A stretch of 64,000 nucleotides of DNA, from the IMG/VR virus record IMGVR_UViG_3300020576_006124, positions 32,001-96,000 of that record, one strand, 5' to 3'. The stretch comes from a virus (Duplodnaviria; Caudoviricetes). Below, one piece after another: positions 17,222-26,275 of this stretch (the stretch's first letter is position 1; every line of letters begins with the position of its first letter). Below the pieces are notes generated by a model, which was not told the DNA's origin, did not search any database, and was given only the letters and a program-made list of their open reading frames with translations. The position numbers and the translations under genes were made by a program.

Positions 17222-18275
17222 AACTTTTGAAAAAGCCAAAGGGAACTTATCTAATGCTATTATAGGGGAGCTTGAAAAGGCCAGAATAGCTTTTTCTAAA
17301 AGAAGTGGTCCCTACCTAAAATGGTTTCCAGATATTGATCCAGATGATAACGCCCTAGTCTTTCCCTCTCTTTATGGAGATGATAAAAATACTGTAACTA
17401 AAAGTCTAGTAGACTTTACAGAAGGTTTAGGGGTTATAGCTGGAAATCCTAATGCAGGTAAAAGTTCGGTAATAATCTCCCTTATTCATGGCCTACTATC
17501 CCAACAAAATGATGTAGTCGTAGTAGATATATCTTATGATGATGGCTACTCCTACAGATATTTACAACACCTTTGTTTTCTTACAGGTCTTGTGTATAGT
17601 GAGGTTAGTAACTATTCTCTTCTAAGCCCAGAAAAGAAACAGGTTTACGACAAAGCTGATAAGCACCTAAAATCCATAATTCAAAGTGAAACATTCTATC
17701 TTTTTGGTCCTAGTTTAAAAGTTGATACTGAAGAAAGACCTATAACTCTCAGGGTTGATCAGCTTAGCCACATCCCCTCTTTATTTACTTTTCTTCGAAA
17801 GATCCATCCAGATAAAAAAATAGTAGTCTTTATCGACGCTCTTAATGATATAGTATTTGACAGTGTAGCCAACTCAGATCTAACCAAAGATGACATGGTC
17901 ATCACTACACTCTCCAAATCCTGCATAGAGAACAAACTTGTCTGTATGCTGAGTACCCATTTAAGGAAAAACAAAGACGATATTTCCATCGAGGATATTA
18001 AAGGATCCAAAACTTTAGAGTATGCAACTAAGGTTGTATACCTCGTTAGAAACATGAGAAGAGAGGGGGTAGAAAATTGTCCTAAGGTAAACATTAATGG
18101 CTATCTAATAGACCCTCTTATACTCCAAGTAGCTAAATCGAAAGTCTCTAGTTTCCAGACCAATATAGTTTTTGGGATAGATAGTTCAAGATGTAGACTT
18201 TATCCTGTAACTTTAGAGGACTACAATAAGGTTAATAAGGACTTTTATAATTATCTTAAGTATAAAACAAAATGA
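17202..18275 (+). CDS. DnaB-like SF4 replicative helicase
   Basis: AGNPNAGKSS; VFIDAL; STHLRK; IEDIKGSKTLEYATKVVYL ~ LSDLRESGSIEQDADVIMF. Confidence 0.85.
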   Translation: MKLSPLETFEKAKGNLSNAIIGELEKARIAFSKRSGPYLKWFPDIDPDDNALVFPSLYGDDKNTVTKSLVDFTEGLGVIAGNPNAGKSSVIISLIHGLLSQQNDVVVVDISYDDGYSYRYLQHLCFLTGLVYSEVSNYSLLSPEKKQVYDKADKHLKSIIQSETFYLFGPSLKVDTEERPITLRVDQLSHIPSLFTFLRKIHPDKKIVVFIDALNDIVFDSVANSDLTKDDMVITTLSKSCIENKLVCMLSTHLRKNKDDISIEDIKGSKTLEYATKVVYLVRNMRREGVENCPKVNINGYLIDPLILQVAKSKVSSFQTNIVFGIDSSRCRLYPVTLEDYNKVNKDFYNYLKYKTK

Positions 18276-18709
18276 TAACTATTGACTTTTTAAAAATCTC
18301 CTCCTCTTTATCAGACCTAAGTATAGAGGAGGCTGAGGATGTAAAAAAACTTATAAGAAACTTTTATAATCAAGAATATACTAGGTTTGAGAAACTAAAG
18401 CAGGATGTTGATGATAACAACGAGATAGACCCCGTTATACTCTATCCTAGATTCCTATATTACAAAGATACCTTCAGTAAAATTGTAGCTATCGGAGACT
18501 CTCTGAAAGAGCAACTAGTAGCCCATTGGTATAATAATTTGATTTTAACCAATGTTGAGACTAAAGAAAAAAAAGTATCTTACACCGCTGAGGACAGGAA
18601 GGTACTAGCTAAAGGAAAAACAGCAGACATAGACTCCTTAGTGTCTCTAGCCAAAGCCTCTCTTGCTGAAGCTACAAGTAGAATGTACCAATATAGGGTT
18701 ACATTCTAA
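18272..18709 (+). CDS. Helical protein, possibly a UvsY-like recombination mediator
   Basis: 145-aa all-helical ORF in replication context; functional guess is weak. Confidence 0.35.
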   Translation: MITIDFLKISSSLSDLSIEEAEDVKKLIRNFYNQEYTRFEKLKQDVDDNNEIDPVILYPRFLYYKDTFSKIVAIGDSLKEQLVAHWYNNLILTNVETKEKKVSYTAEDRKVLAKGKTADIDSLVSLAKASLAEATSRMYQYRVTF

Positions 18710-18720
18710 AAAAAAGCATT

Positions 18721-18888
18721 ATGAAAACAATCCTAAACCAAGAGCAAATACTAGATATTCTTTCCAACCACTTAAGCATTCCAGTAGACCAAATCGCAAT
18801 TAGGTGCGAAACTCTATCTTTGCCTGATGGAAGTTGGCCCATAGGAAAGGAATTTTCCTTAGTTTCCTTACATGAAACCGAGGAATAA
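18721..18888 (+). CDS. Small hypothetical protein (55 aa, below the ORF-track cutoff)
   Basis: ATG 18721, MKTILNQEQILDIL...ETEE, TAA 18886-18888; fills the gap. Confidence 0.5.
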   Translation: MKTILNQEQILDILSNHLSIPVDQIAIRCETLSLPDGSWPIGKEFSLVSLHETEE

Positions 18889-19312
18889 TATAAAGGAGCC
18901 TATCTGGAAACAGGTAGAAAAGAGAATAGCCTCTCTCTCAGGGGGTCGTCTAACTCCGGCATCAGGCTCCGGGAATATAAAAGGGGACATAAGACTAAAG
19001 AACAGAACAAGTAATGGCTTTGCCCAAGAGCTTTTAATAGAAGCTAAAAGTACTCAAAAAAATTTCATTACACTTCAGAGAATATGGTTTGTAACTTTAG
19101 ATCAGCTAACTACCCCTACATGCCTTACTTGTTTGTATTTGTATATAAACAATAAGATAACCTTATACATACCTGAGTCAATAAATTTATCCCAAGAGGC
19201 AGATTCTTGGGAAACTAAGAAATGTTCTTATGAAGACCTGCCGGATCAAATTCTCACTAAGGAGCAGATATGGAAGAAGAAAACGGAATTGCAGCTATTA
19301 TCGCTAATATAG
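18872..19312 (+). CDS. PD-(D/E)XK nuclease, putative Holliday junction resolvase
   Basis: EKRIA..GGRLTPASGSG..KGDI...LIEAKST. Confidence 0.8.
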   Translation: MKPRNNIKEPIWKQVEKRIASLSGGRLTPASGSGNIKGDIRLKNRTSNGFAQELLIEAKSTQKNFITLQRIWFVTLDQLTTPTCLTCLYLYINNKITLYIPESINLSQEADSWETKKCSYEDLPDQILTKEQIWKKKTELQLLSLI

Positions 19313-19686
19313 AAGAGGCCTTAAATACACCCATCAAAAGCAGTGTTCTGGATTCAACTGCTACCTTAGAGGGGGATACTTACATTGCTAATGAGGGCGT
19401 ACTAGCTCTTCAAATAAAAGGACAATCTCCTGAGTCTGGCTTTATTGAGTTTATTGCTAAGCAAGAATTATACAAAGATAGTCCAGAAGGTAAAGAAAGT
19501 GAAATAGTTTTAGCCCTAAACAAACCCCTATTTATTAGATCTATGGGAATTTTACTTAATCCTGAAATTAAGATTCTTAAGTTTGAAATTTATGCAAATT
19601 TAACTATTTGCATTGCTAACCTTTGTTACTCTATACCTGAAAATCTGGTATCCGAACTTTTAACCAAGATAGATAGTGCGTTTTGA
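19270..19686 (+). CDS. Hypothetical protein
   Basis: 138-aa ORF. Confidence 0.55.
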   Translation: MEEENGIAAIIANIEEALNTPIKSSVLDSTATLEGDTYIANEGVLALQIKGQSPESGFIEFIAKQELYKDSPEGKESEIVLALNKPLFIRSMGILLNPEIKILKFEIYANLTICIANLCYSIPENLVSELLTKIDSAF

Positions 19687-20605
19687 CTATCATTTAATTG
19701 AATATGAGCTAGGGTCTATAGTCAATAATTCTTCCCACGCTGACAATATCAAAATAAAATGTAATCATTGTGATAAGAAAGCCCTCTACTTAAAATCAGA
19801 CACACTTCAATATAACTGCTTTGGTTGTGGCAGGCATGGAAAATTAGCTCTTGACTCCCCAAGTACTCCTACCAAAAAAGAGATTGATCAAGGATTACAG
19901 ATAAAGATCTTACTTTATCTCATAAAAAACTCAGAGTTATCCCAAGAGCACTCCTTAGAGTTACTAGAAAGAAGAATCTTTAGACCTAATAGATTCTTAC
20001 TTAGGTCTATACCCTTTAATGTTTCGAAGATTCTCTCAGAGAAATTCTCTTCTAGAGAACTTAGATCCGCTGGACTCCTAAATGAAGGAGGAAATCTAAT
20101 ATCCCAGTTCTCATATGGGAATCTACTTATACCCTTTATAAGCCAGGGAGTAATAAAGGGATTCCAAGTAAAGATAAACAAAAGGGACACATCTGACAAA
20201 TTCAAGTACCTTATGTTTCCGGGGTCTAAGGTAGGTCACCATTTCTATACTACTCTCCCCTCAGCCCCAAATAACTACATTATAGTTACAGAATCACCTC
20301 TTAAAACTATATCAGCTTTAGATAATGGATACAACTGTGCTGGGTTTGTAGGCATAAATCCTGCAGACAAAGCTATATTAGATCTTAAGCAGTTTCTCTT
20401 TAGATCGAAATGTAACACCTATTTAATCTATGATTCATCAGAATCTGACTTAGTAGATTCAAATCTGAGATCTGCTCAGGAAAGATTTATTCTTAATTTA
20501 GGGAGAAAAGTACAGATAAAATCCCTCCCACTATTAAAATACTCTAAGATGGATTTAGATAAATATCTTTTTATAAAAGGCAACTTAGATGATATTATCA
20601 CATAG
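19676..20605 (+). CDS. DNA primase (Zn finger + TOPRIM)
   Basis: CNHC...YNCFGCGRHG; FKYL; IVTESPLK; LIYD; KMDLDKY. Confidence 0.8.
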   Translation: MRFDYHLIEYELGSIVNNSSHADNIKIKCNHCDKKALYLKSDTLQYNCFGCGRHGKLALDSPSTPTKKEIDQGLQIKILLYLIKNSELSQEHSLELLERRIFRPNRFLLRSIPFNVSKILSEKFSSRELRSAGLLNEGGNLISQFSYGNLLIPFISQGVIKGFQVKINKRDTSDKFKYLMFPGSKVGHHFYTTLPSAPNNYIIVTESPLKTISALDNGYNCAGFVGINPADKAILDLKQFLFRSKCNTYLIYDSSESDLVDSNLRSAQERFILNLGRKVQIKSLPLLKYSKMDLDKYLFIKGNLDDIIT

Positions 20606-20618
20606 GAGATAAGTCCCC

Positions 20619-20855
20619 ATGGAAAATAACTTAGAAAAAAAGCCCTTAAGTTGCCCCCACTGCAAAAGCAAAGATACTGTTTTATCAACTGATGGAGAAA
20701 TGTGGTGGGGCGCCTGTTGGGATTGTCAAATGGAAGGACCCATAGTTGAAACTGACTTAGAGGCCCTTAAAACTTGGAATAATCTTTCTCAGTTAAGATC
20801 TTTTAAAGATAACATTCAAAAAAAAATCTTAGATAACAAAATCAGAGAACTTTAG
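20619..20855 (+). CDS. Lar-like Zn-ribbon protein (restriction alleviation family)
   Basis: PLSCPHCKS...CWDCQMEGP...EALKTWN. Confidence 0.65.
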   Translation: MENNLEKKPLSCPHCKSKDTVLSTDGEMWWGACWDCQMEGPIVETDLEALKTWNNLSQLRSFKDNIQKKILDNKIREL

Positions 20856-20877
20856 GTTTTGGTCTTAGGAGAATAGC

Positions 20878-21177
20878 ATGAGGGAGAACAGGACATTGAG
20901 GTCGGGAGAACCATGCCGACACCCTGGGTGCCTAAGTCACATTTCGCACTCTTGCGAGTGCTGTGGGCGCGTAGGTGGGAGAAGCCTACGAGACCTTTTG
21001 CTGCATGAACGGGTTGATGTTAGGTGGTACGGTCAAAATGACTACTTGGGGCCATATGTATTCGAGGTGGACCTACATGAAGGCGACGTATTTTGTTCGC
21101 AGGGGCTCATTGTTGGGTCTATTCGCGACGTGGCCTCATGGCGATTACATGTGCCAAAAGAGCTGGCGGACCTATGA
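20878..21177 (+). CDS. Hypothetical protein, Cys/His-rich N-terminus and D-V-x-S-W-R C-terminal domain
   Basis: AGGAG RBS; CRHPGCLSHISHSCECCG. Confidence 0.6.
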   Translation: MRENRTLRSGEPCRHPGCLSHISHSCECCGRVGGRSLRDLLLHERVDVRWYGQNDYLGPYVFEVDLHEGDVFCSQGLIVGSIRDVASWRLHVPKELADL

Positions 21178-21263
21178 CGAGCAGGAACAAACGCCTACCC
21201 CATGTAAGACCAGGACGCTGGGCCGCGTTTGGGTCAAGCCCCTGGGAGTGAGAAGAAAGAACG

Positions 21264-22193
21264 ATGAATATTGGAACAAGTTGGCATAGCTACCCAAAGA
21301 TTTACAACGTAGGCCACGCCTATCTGGAAGGTTTTTTTGATGGATCGTCCTGGTTGTCGGTTGAAGAAAAGGTAGATGGATCACAGTTTAGCTTTGGTGT
21401 ATTCGGGGGCGAGATTAAGTGTCGCTCGAAAGGCCAGGAATTGATTGTTGAGCGTCCCGAAAAGATGTTTGCCCGCGCGGTGGAGTCTGTCAAAGAGATT
21501 GCCCATCTGCTTCGGGATGGTTGGACCTATCGGGGTGAGTATCTACAATCCCCCAAGCACAACACTCTCAAGTATGATCGCGTGCCGAACCTACACATCA
21601 TCGGTTTCGACGTGTCTCCCACCGAAGAGCAATATTTGATCTACGATGACAAAACTGAGGAGTTTGCTCGTATCGGGCTTGAGGTTGTTCCTCGCATCTG
21701 GCAAGGCACGCACCCTGACCCCAAATCTCTCATGGATACCGAGAGCATTCTCGGCGGATCGAAGATTGAGGGGCTTGTGTTCAAGCGACATGCGAACCCA
21801 CTGTACGGGCCCGACAAAAAGGTGTTGCTTGCCAAGCACGTTTCGGAGGCGTTCAAGGAGGTCCATAGCAAGGAGTGGAAGAGAACTAACCAGACCGGAA
21901 AGGACTTCGTGGGCGCTCTTGCCGAACGGTATTGCGCTGAGGGCCGATGGGCCAAAGCCGTCCAGCGGCTCACGGAATCAGGCGTGGCGACGAACACACC
22001 ACAAGACATTGCAGCACTGATCGCTGAGGTTCAGCGTGACATTAAAGATGAGTGCCGCGAAGAGATCATCAAAGAGTTACTTTCCTATGCCTGGCCCCAT
22101 ATTGCCCGAGCATCTGTGCGCGGTTTGCCGGACTGGTACAAGAACCGACTCATGGAATCCGCCATTGGGTCCATGCCCCAGGAGGTCGAATGA
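21264..22193 (+). CDS. ATP-dependent RNA ligase (Rnl2-like)
   Basis: Motif I EEKVDGSQ, GEY, IGFDV, EGLVFK, AKHVSEAFKE; helical C-terminal domain. Confidence 0.85.
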   Translation: MNIGTSWHSYPKIYNVGHAYLEGFFDGSSWLSVEEKVDGSQFSFGVFGGEIKCRSKGQELIVERPEKMFARAVESVKEIAHLLRDGWTYRGEYLQSPKHNTLKYDRVPNLHIIGFDVSPTEEQYLIYDDKTEEFARIGLEVVPRIWQGTHPDPKSLMDTESILGGSKIEGLVFKRHANPLYGPDKKVLLAKHVSEAFKEVHSKEWKRTNQTGKDFVGALAERYCAEGRWAKAVQRLTESGVATNTPQDIAALIAEVQRDIKDECREEIIKELLSYAWPHIARASVRGLPDWYKNRLMESAIGSMPQEVE

Positions 22194-22483
22194 AGATCAC
22201 CGTCCGCCAGGCATTCAAGAAGGCGTATGGGCCGATCCCAGATGGGGCTACGTGCCATTTGGCAAACTGGCCCGGTCCTACTTTGCCCCAATTTATGAAC
22301 ATTGAGCCTACCATATGGGAAGACGGCTGGCCTGAATCCCTGGGAACACGCGAGGACGGTAGCCCTGGAGTAATGGAATATCCCTTTGGCCCCGACATCT
22401 CAGATCGCGACGCAGAAGCCTTCCGGGGTTTATTCGGGGACGATTACGACAAAGCCCTAGATGGGCTGTTGGGGGCTGAATGA
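22190..22483 (+). CDS. Hypothetical protein (true start likely ATG 22190)
   Basis: GGAGG RBS and ATGA overlap with the ligase stop. Confidence 0.6.
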   Translation: MKITVRQAFKKAYGPIPDGATCHLANWPGPTLPQFMNIEPTIWEDGWPESLGTREDGSPGVMEYPFGPDISDRDAEAFRGLFGDDYDKALDGLLGAE

Positions 22484-22713
22484 CTTGGTCCGAGGCGATT
22501 GCCACTTTGGGGGTGGTTGGTCTATTTGGACTCCTTGTATGGACAAGCCACAGGGAGAACATGGCAAGATATGCTCTCTTACAGAAGACCGTGGAACTAG
22601 AGGAGATATTGAAGGATGCACCAAAGCAGGTGAGCGTCGGCAAGAAGTGCATCGCACGAGGAGTGATACGCAAAGTAGCACCACCGGTAACATTGGAGGA
22701 TGAGAATGTCTAA
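22480..22713 (+). CDS. Small protein with an N-terminal transmembrane helix
   Basis: AIATLGVVGLFGLLVW; ATGA overlap. Confidence 0.6.
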   Translation: MTWSEAIATLGVVGLFGLLVWTSHRENMARYALLQKTVELEEILKDAPKQVSVGKKCIARGVIRKVAPPVTLEDENV

Positions 22714-22721
22714 GCAGAGTG

Positions 22722-22741
22722 TGGAGGTGCCCCGTGGCTAA
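22722..22741 (+). repeat. 20-bp direct repeat, copy 1 (RBS + GTG start + upstream stop)
   Basis: tggaggtgccccgtggctaa. Confidence 0.9.
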
Positions 22742-22967
22742 ACACGACCTCAAGATCAGGCAGATCACCGCTGTAAGCGTTCCAGAGAACTGCTTTACGC
22801 AATGCGAGGCGATCCTATTTGCCTTGACCGACGATGGCAGGCTCTTTCACACAACCAACAGGGACATGGGGGCCGTTTGGTACGAGGTAGGGCAGCCTTA
22901 CCTGACGGTCGATGAAAGAGACGCCATAGCCCCCCTCATGGCTGAGCTGGAGGTGCCCCGTGGCTAA
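22734..22967 (+). CDS. Hypothetical protein bounded by the direct repeats
   Basis: GGAGG then GTG 22734, MAKHDLKIRQ...EVPRG. Confidence 0.6.
   Translation: MAKHDLKIRQITAVSVPENCFTQCEAILFALTDDGRLFHTTNRDMGAVWYEVGQPYLTVDERDAIAPLMAELEVPRG
22948..22967 (+). repeat. 20-bp direct repeat, copy 2
   Basis: tggaggtgccccgtggctaa. Confidence 0.9.
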
Positions 22968-23121
22968 GAAGCTGTACGGGCAAGTCGGGCGCAACGGGGA
23001 GTTGCATTGGGTGGAAGCCTCTTCCGCTAAGTGGATCGCCGGGAGAATGTGGTTTGTGTACAATGCCCCCAACTGGGTCTTTTCCTATGAGAGTCCTGGG
23101 GGCTTTATACACTTTTCATAA
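22960..23121 (+). CDS. Small ORF crossing the island's right boundary, possibly truncated or chimeric
   Basis: GGAGG + GTG 22960, MAKKLYGQVGRNGELHW...; runs from GC-rich into AT-rich DNA. Confidence 0.4.
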   Translation: MAKKLYGQVGRNGELHWVEASSAKWIAGRMWFVYNAPNWVFSYESPGGFIHFS

Positions 23122-23323
23122 TAAGTACTCCTGGAAGTGTTATCAACTAACACCAAAAATCCTTAGTTCTACTCAGAAGTTAAAACTAAATATTAATGGA
23201 GAATGCCAAAACGGAGAAGTAGTTAGCACAGAAGGGATTTTCAAGATCATTACTGATGGAAATTTGCTCTTATCCCCTGAAGATATTGAATCTTGGAGAC
23301 TTGTTTTTTCTTCTACGACTTAA
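23054..23323 (+). CDS. Hypothetical protein with D-I-x-S-W-R C-terminal domain
   Basis: IITDGNLLLSPEDIESWRL; true start may be the downstream ATG (MRVLG). Confidence 0.55.
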   Translation: MCTMPPTGSFPMRVLGALYTFHNKYSWKCYQLTPKILSSTQKLKLNINGECQNGEVVSTEGIFKIITDGNLLLSPEDIESWRLVFSSTT

Positions 23324-23381
23324 CCACTAAAAAGTAGTGTAAAAATTTAGAGGATTTCTTATACTTCTACAGAACCGGAAA

Positions 23382-23918
23382 ATGGAAATTAAATCAAAGC
23401 ATTTATCTAAGGTAAAGGACCCAGGAATTCTCTCTCTTATTTATTTGTCTCTAGGTGTATTAGAAAAAAGCTTAGAAACAGACTCCTACCTTAAAGAGAC
23501 TGGTTTTTTAATTAGAGATTACCGATATATTGGGACTAGATTAATCTACAAAAATTGCCATATAGCAGAGAGAAAATCTATTGGATGGGTGCTTTTACCT
23601 AAAATTAACAAGATCTTATTTGACATCTGTAAAGATCTAGGTTTATATAAATATTTTAACCCCGAGCGAACTTTCCTAAGAAATTTTTTAAATTCTATAA
23701 TCCAGTTCAGCATATTACATAATTGGAACTCTCCCACTACCTTTTTAGATTCTATAGAACCAGGAGATTACATAGAAATAAAAACTGAAGAGAGATCCTA
23801 TAACGTTACCGTCCTAAGGGAAAGTATAGAAATGGAATTCATCCTCACTGATGAAAATATCATTCTTCAGCTCCAAGACATCGTTTCATGGAGAAAAATT
23901 TATGTTCGACCCAAATAA
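23382..23918 (+). CDS. Hypothetical protein, paralog of 25345..25866
   Basis: DLGLYKYF...ILTDENIILQLQDIVSWRKIYV. Confidence 0.7.
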   Translation: MEIKSKHLSKVKDPGILSLIYLSLGVLEKSLETDSYLKETGFLIRDYRYIGTRLIYKNCHIAERKSIGWVLLPKINKILFDICKDLGLYKYFNPERTFLRNFLNSIIQFSILHNWNSPTTFLDSIEPGDYIEIKTEERSYNVTVLRESIEMEFILTDENIILQLQDIVSWRKIYVRPK

Positions 23919-24462
23919 ATTATGGTTTACCTCTGATACTCATTTTGGACATAGAGGGATTCTTAAACATCAGCAGACTAGATCACACTTTTCCTCTCTA
24001 GAGGAAATGGATGAGACACTTATTTTTAATTGGAATAGTCGGGTTAAGCCTGGGGATTGTATCTTTCATTTAGGGGATTTTTTTCTGTGTTCTTCTGATC
24101 GAGCTAAATCTATTCTGTCTAGATTGAATGGAGAAATACATCTAATTGAGGGTAATCACGACTCAAATGCCCATACTTTAAGAAAAAAATTAGCCAGCTA
24201 TAGACAGATAGCTGAAGTAAACGTTGATGACCCAGACAGGAAAGTGTGTATTATCTGCTGCCACTACTGTATGAGAACCTGGAACAAATCACACCACGGT
24301 TCTTGGCATATTCACGGGCACTCTCATGGGTCTCTACAGCGGCCTGAGGGACCTGTTCTAGATGTAGGAGTAGACTGCCATAATCTTTCCCCTATTTCGT
24401 ACTGGGAACTGAAAGAATTTATGCTGGGAAGAACATTCCCCATAGTAGATCATCACAAATAG
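23902..24462 (+). CDS. Calcineurin-like metallophosphoesterase
   Basis: SDTHFGH, HLGDF, EGNHD, HGHSH; likely start MFDPNK. Confidence 0.9.
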   Translation: MFDPNKLWFTSDTHFGHRGILKHQQTRSHFSSLEEMDETLIFNWNSRVKPGDCIFHLGDFFLCSSDRAKSILSRLNGEIHLIEGNHDSNAHTLRKKLASYRQIAEVNVDDPDRKVCIICCHYCMRTWNKSHHGSWHIHGHSHGSLQRPEGPVLDVGVDCHNLSPISYWELKEFMLGRTFPIVDHHK

Positions 24463-24472
24463 GGAATTTAAA

Positions 24473-25348
24473 ATGGAACTAACGAAACCTGAAGATATAA
24501 AGTTTGTTTACTGCTGGCATTGTTTACATTACACAGGATTGTGCCCCCACTGCGATGGCAATGCCTGTTCCTGCTTTTGTCAAGGTAATAGCATAGAAGA
24601 ATTCAAAGATCTATCCCAAGAGGAGATGCCCTGTAAAAAATCTAAGTACTGGGAAGCTTTAGAGAAAGCTGAGCAAATGGGATTAGAGCCTACTGTTATA
24701 TCTAGAGAGGAAATAGATAAAAGATTAGGAGGACTATTTAATTGGCTATCATCTTTAACACCAGAGCAAAAAGAAAAAAATGAAGCACCATTACAAGATG
24801 GGCTTCTAGAAGAAGATGACTACTGGTATATAACTAAAGCCGCTAGAGAAATTAACTACTCAATCCCTTCTTTAGAAGAATTTGCAACTAGTGTTGGAGT
24901 AAAACCAACCTATAACTGCAATACAGGCAAAGGATTTACAGAAGAAAGGGACATACCTATTTTAAATCCCTCCGGCTGGCAATCTTTACAAGGTTACGAG
25001 AATGAGAGAATACCCTGGTTTGAATACTGTATAAGAAGAGAAAAATCCGAGTGTGATTATCGTCAGCACCGACATAAAGACTCATTCGGTAGAATCACCA
25101 TTTCAAAAGTACCTTTAGAGCTAAAAGCAAGAGTACTTTCTGGGATCTTTAAGAGTAGGATATTCACTTTAAAGGCAAAAAATGGAAAAACCTGTACAGT
25201 TAAGTTCGAAGATACTCAAGAAACCCTTGAAATAAACTCTTATGAAGATTCAATTCTAATCACAACAGAAGAACTTCAAAAAAAAGAAAGAGAGGAAAAG
25301 TTTAAACAGTACTTAGATGAGAAAAACTCAAACAAGGAAACAAAATGA
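24473..25348 (+). CDS. Hypothetical protein with a Cys-rich N-terminus
   Basis: CWHC..CPHCDGNACSCFC. Confidence 0.6.
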   Translation: MELTKPEDIKFVYCWHCLHYTGLCPHCDGNACSCFCQGNSIEEFKDLSQEEMPCKKSKYWEALEKAEQMGLEPTVISREEIDKRLGGLFNWLSSLTPEQKEKNEAPLQDGLLEEDDYWYITKAAREINYSIPSLEEFATSVGVKPTYNCNTGKGFTEERDIPILNPSGWQSLQGYENERIPWFEYCIRREKSECDYRQHRHKDSFGRITISKVPLELKARVLSGIFKSRIFTLKAKNGKTCTVKFEDTQETLEINSYEDSILITTEELQKKEREEKFKQYLDEKNSNKETK

Positions 25349-25866
25349 AATCAATCTTAACCTCATATTTTGAACTAATAGAGTGCTGGATAGAAAAAAA
25401 TGAAGAGTTAGCAAACCAAATAGGTATTACAACAAAGTTTGAGGGGTTCGTACTAGATACTTTTCTCACCTCCCACTTATTAAGTTCTAATCTTCTATAC
25501 AAGGGGGACGTTTTTGCTTCTCAGCCTTATCCAGGAGGGAAAGTTGAAATTATCTGCTACAATACCCTAGTCTCTCTATTTGATGATTTAGATTTAGGGA
25601 AGTACTTCCCCGATAAGGGACTTTTACTAGAAAGAATATTCAAAGGTCTATTTGACTTTCTAGATCCTTTTAGTTGGCATGATGACTCTCACTTCTTAGA
25701 CTGTCTTAACACTAGGGATAGAATAGAAGTTCTAACCTCTGAGGGGAATCATATTGGGGAGATAGTTTCTGGTGATGAGTGGTATGACAACATACTGACT
25801 GATGAAAACATCTTAATATCTTATAATGATGTACTAGGCTGGAGAAAGGTATATGTTGGATCCTGA
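25345..25866 (+). CDS. Hypothetical protein, paralog of 23382..23918
   Basis: DLDLGKYF...ILTDENILISYNDVLGWRKVYV. Confidence 0.7.
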   Translation: MKSILTSYFELIECWIEKNEELANQIGITTKFEGFVLDTFLTSHLLSSNLLYKGDVFASQPYPGGKVEIICYNTLVSLFDDLDLGKYFPDKGLLLERIFKGLFDFLDPFSWHDDSHFLDCLNTRDRIEVLTSEGNHIGEIVSGDEWYDNILTDENILISYNDVLGWRKVYVGS

Positions 25867-26242
25867 AATTATTTTCTTCATTATTTCCTTACTAGGCGCA
25901 ATAATCTTCTCTTATCCATTTCTATCTTTCTATAAGTATAAAAAAGAATTAACCCATATAGTTTTTCAACTCTTAGGCACCAAGGGCTCTTCTGCATTAG
26001 AGAAGGCTCTTGACCAAATTCCAATGAGTCAAATTAGAGAAATTGTTAAATATAAGGCAATAGTTGAAGCTTCTATGGGAGCATCCAGAATCTTAAAAAG
26101 ATTAGAGGGAGTAGATTATAGAATAATTTGGCTTATATCTGAGACAGGAAGAATAGAGGTTGTAATAAAGTATCATAAAGACCGTGAGTCCCGAGTAATA
26201 GTTCCTCCTGGTGAGGACTTCAGAATCTTTAATGACATCTAG
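25853..26242 (+). CDS. Membrane-anchored hypothetical protein
   Basis: N-terminal hydrophobic helix IIFFIISLLGAIIFSYPFL. Confidence 0.6.
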   Translation: MLDPEIIFFIISLLGAIIFSYPFLSFYKYKKELTHIVFQLLGTKGSSALEKALDQIPMSQIREIVKYKAIVEASMGASRILKRLEGVDYRIIWLISETGRIEVVIKYHKDRESRVIVPPGEDFRIFNDI

Positions 26243-26275
26243 GGATTTAATTTAAGGGAGAGAATTTCTGCTGAT

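Larger units (their letters stand above)
20870..23090. other. GC-rich, horizontally acquired segment (boundaries approximate)
   Basis: Sampled 60-nt lines: 21901 = 39/60 GC and 21301 = 29/60 GC, versus flank 23401 = 20/60; strong GGAG(G) RBSs. Confidence 0.85.

Noticed and set aside
20975-23072. Many overlapping alternative-frame ORFs in the GC-rich island
   Set aside because: Expected from low stop-codon density at higher GC; a single RBS-supported + strand chain explains the region.
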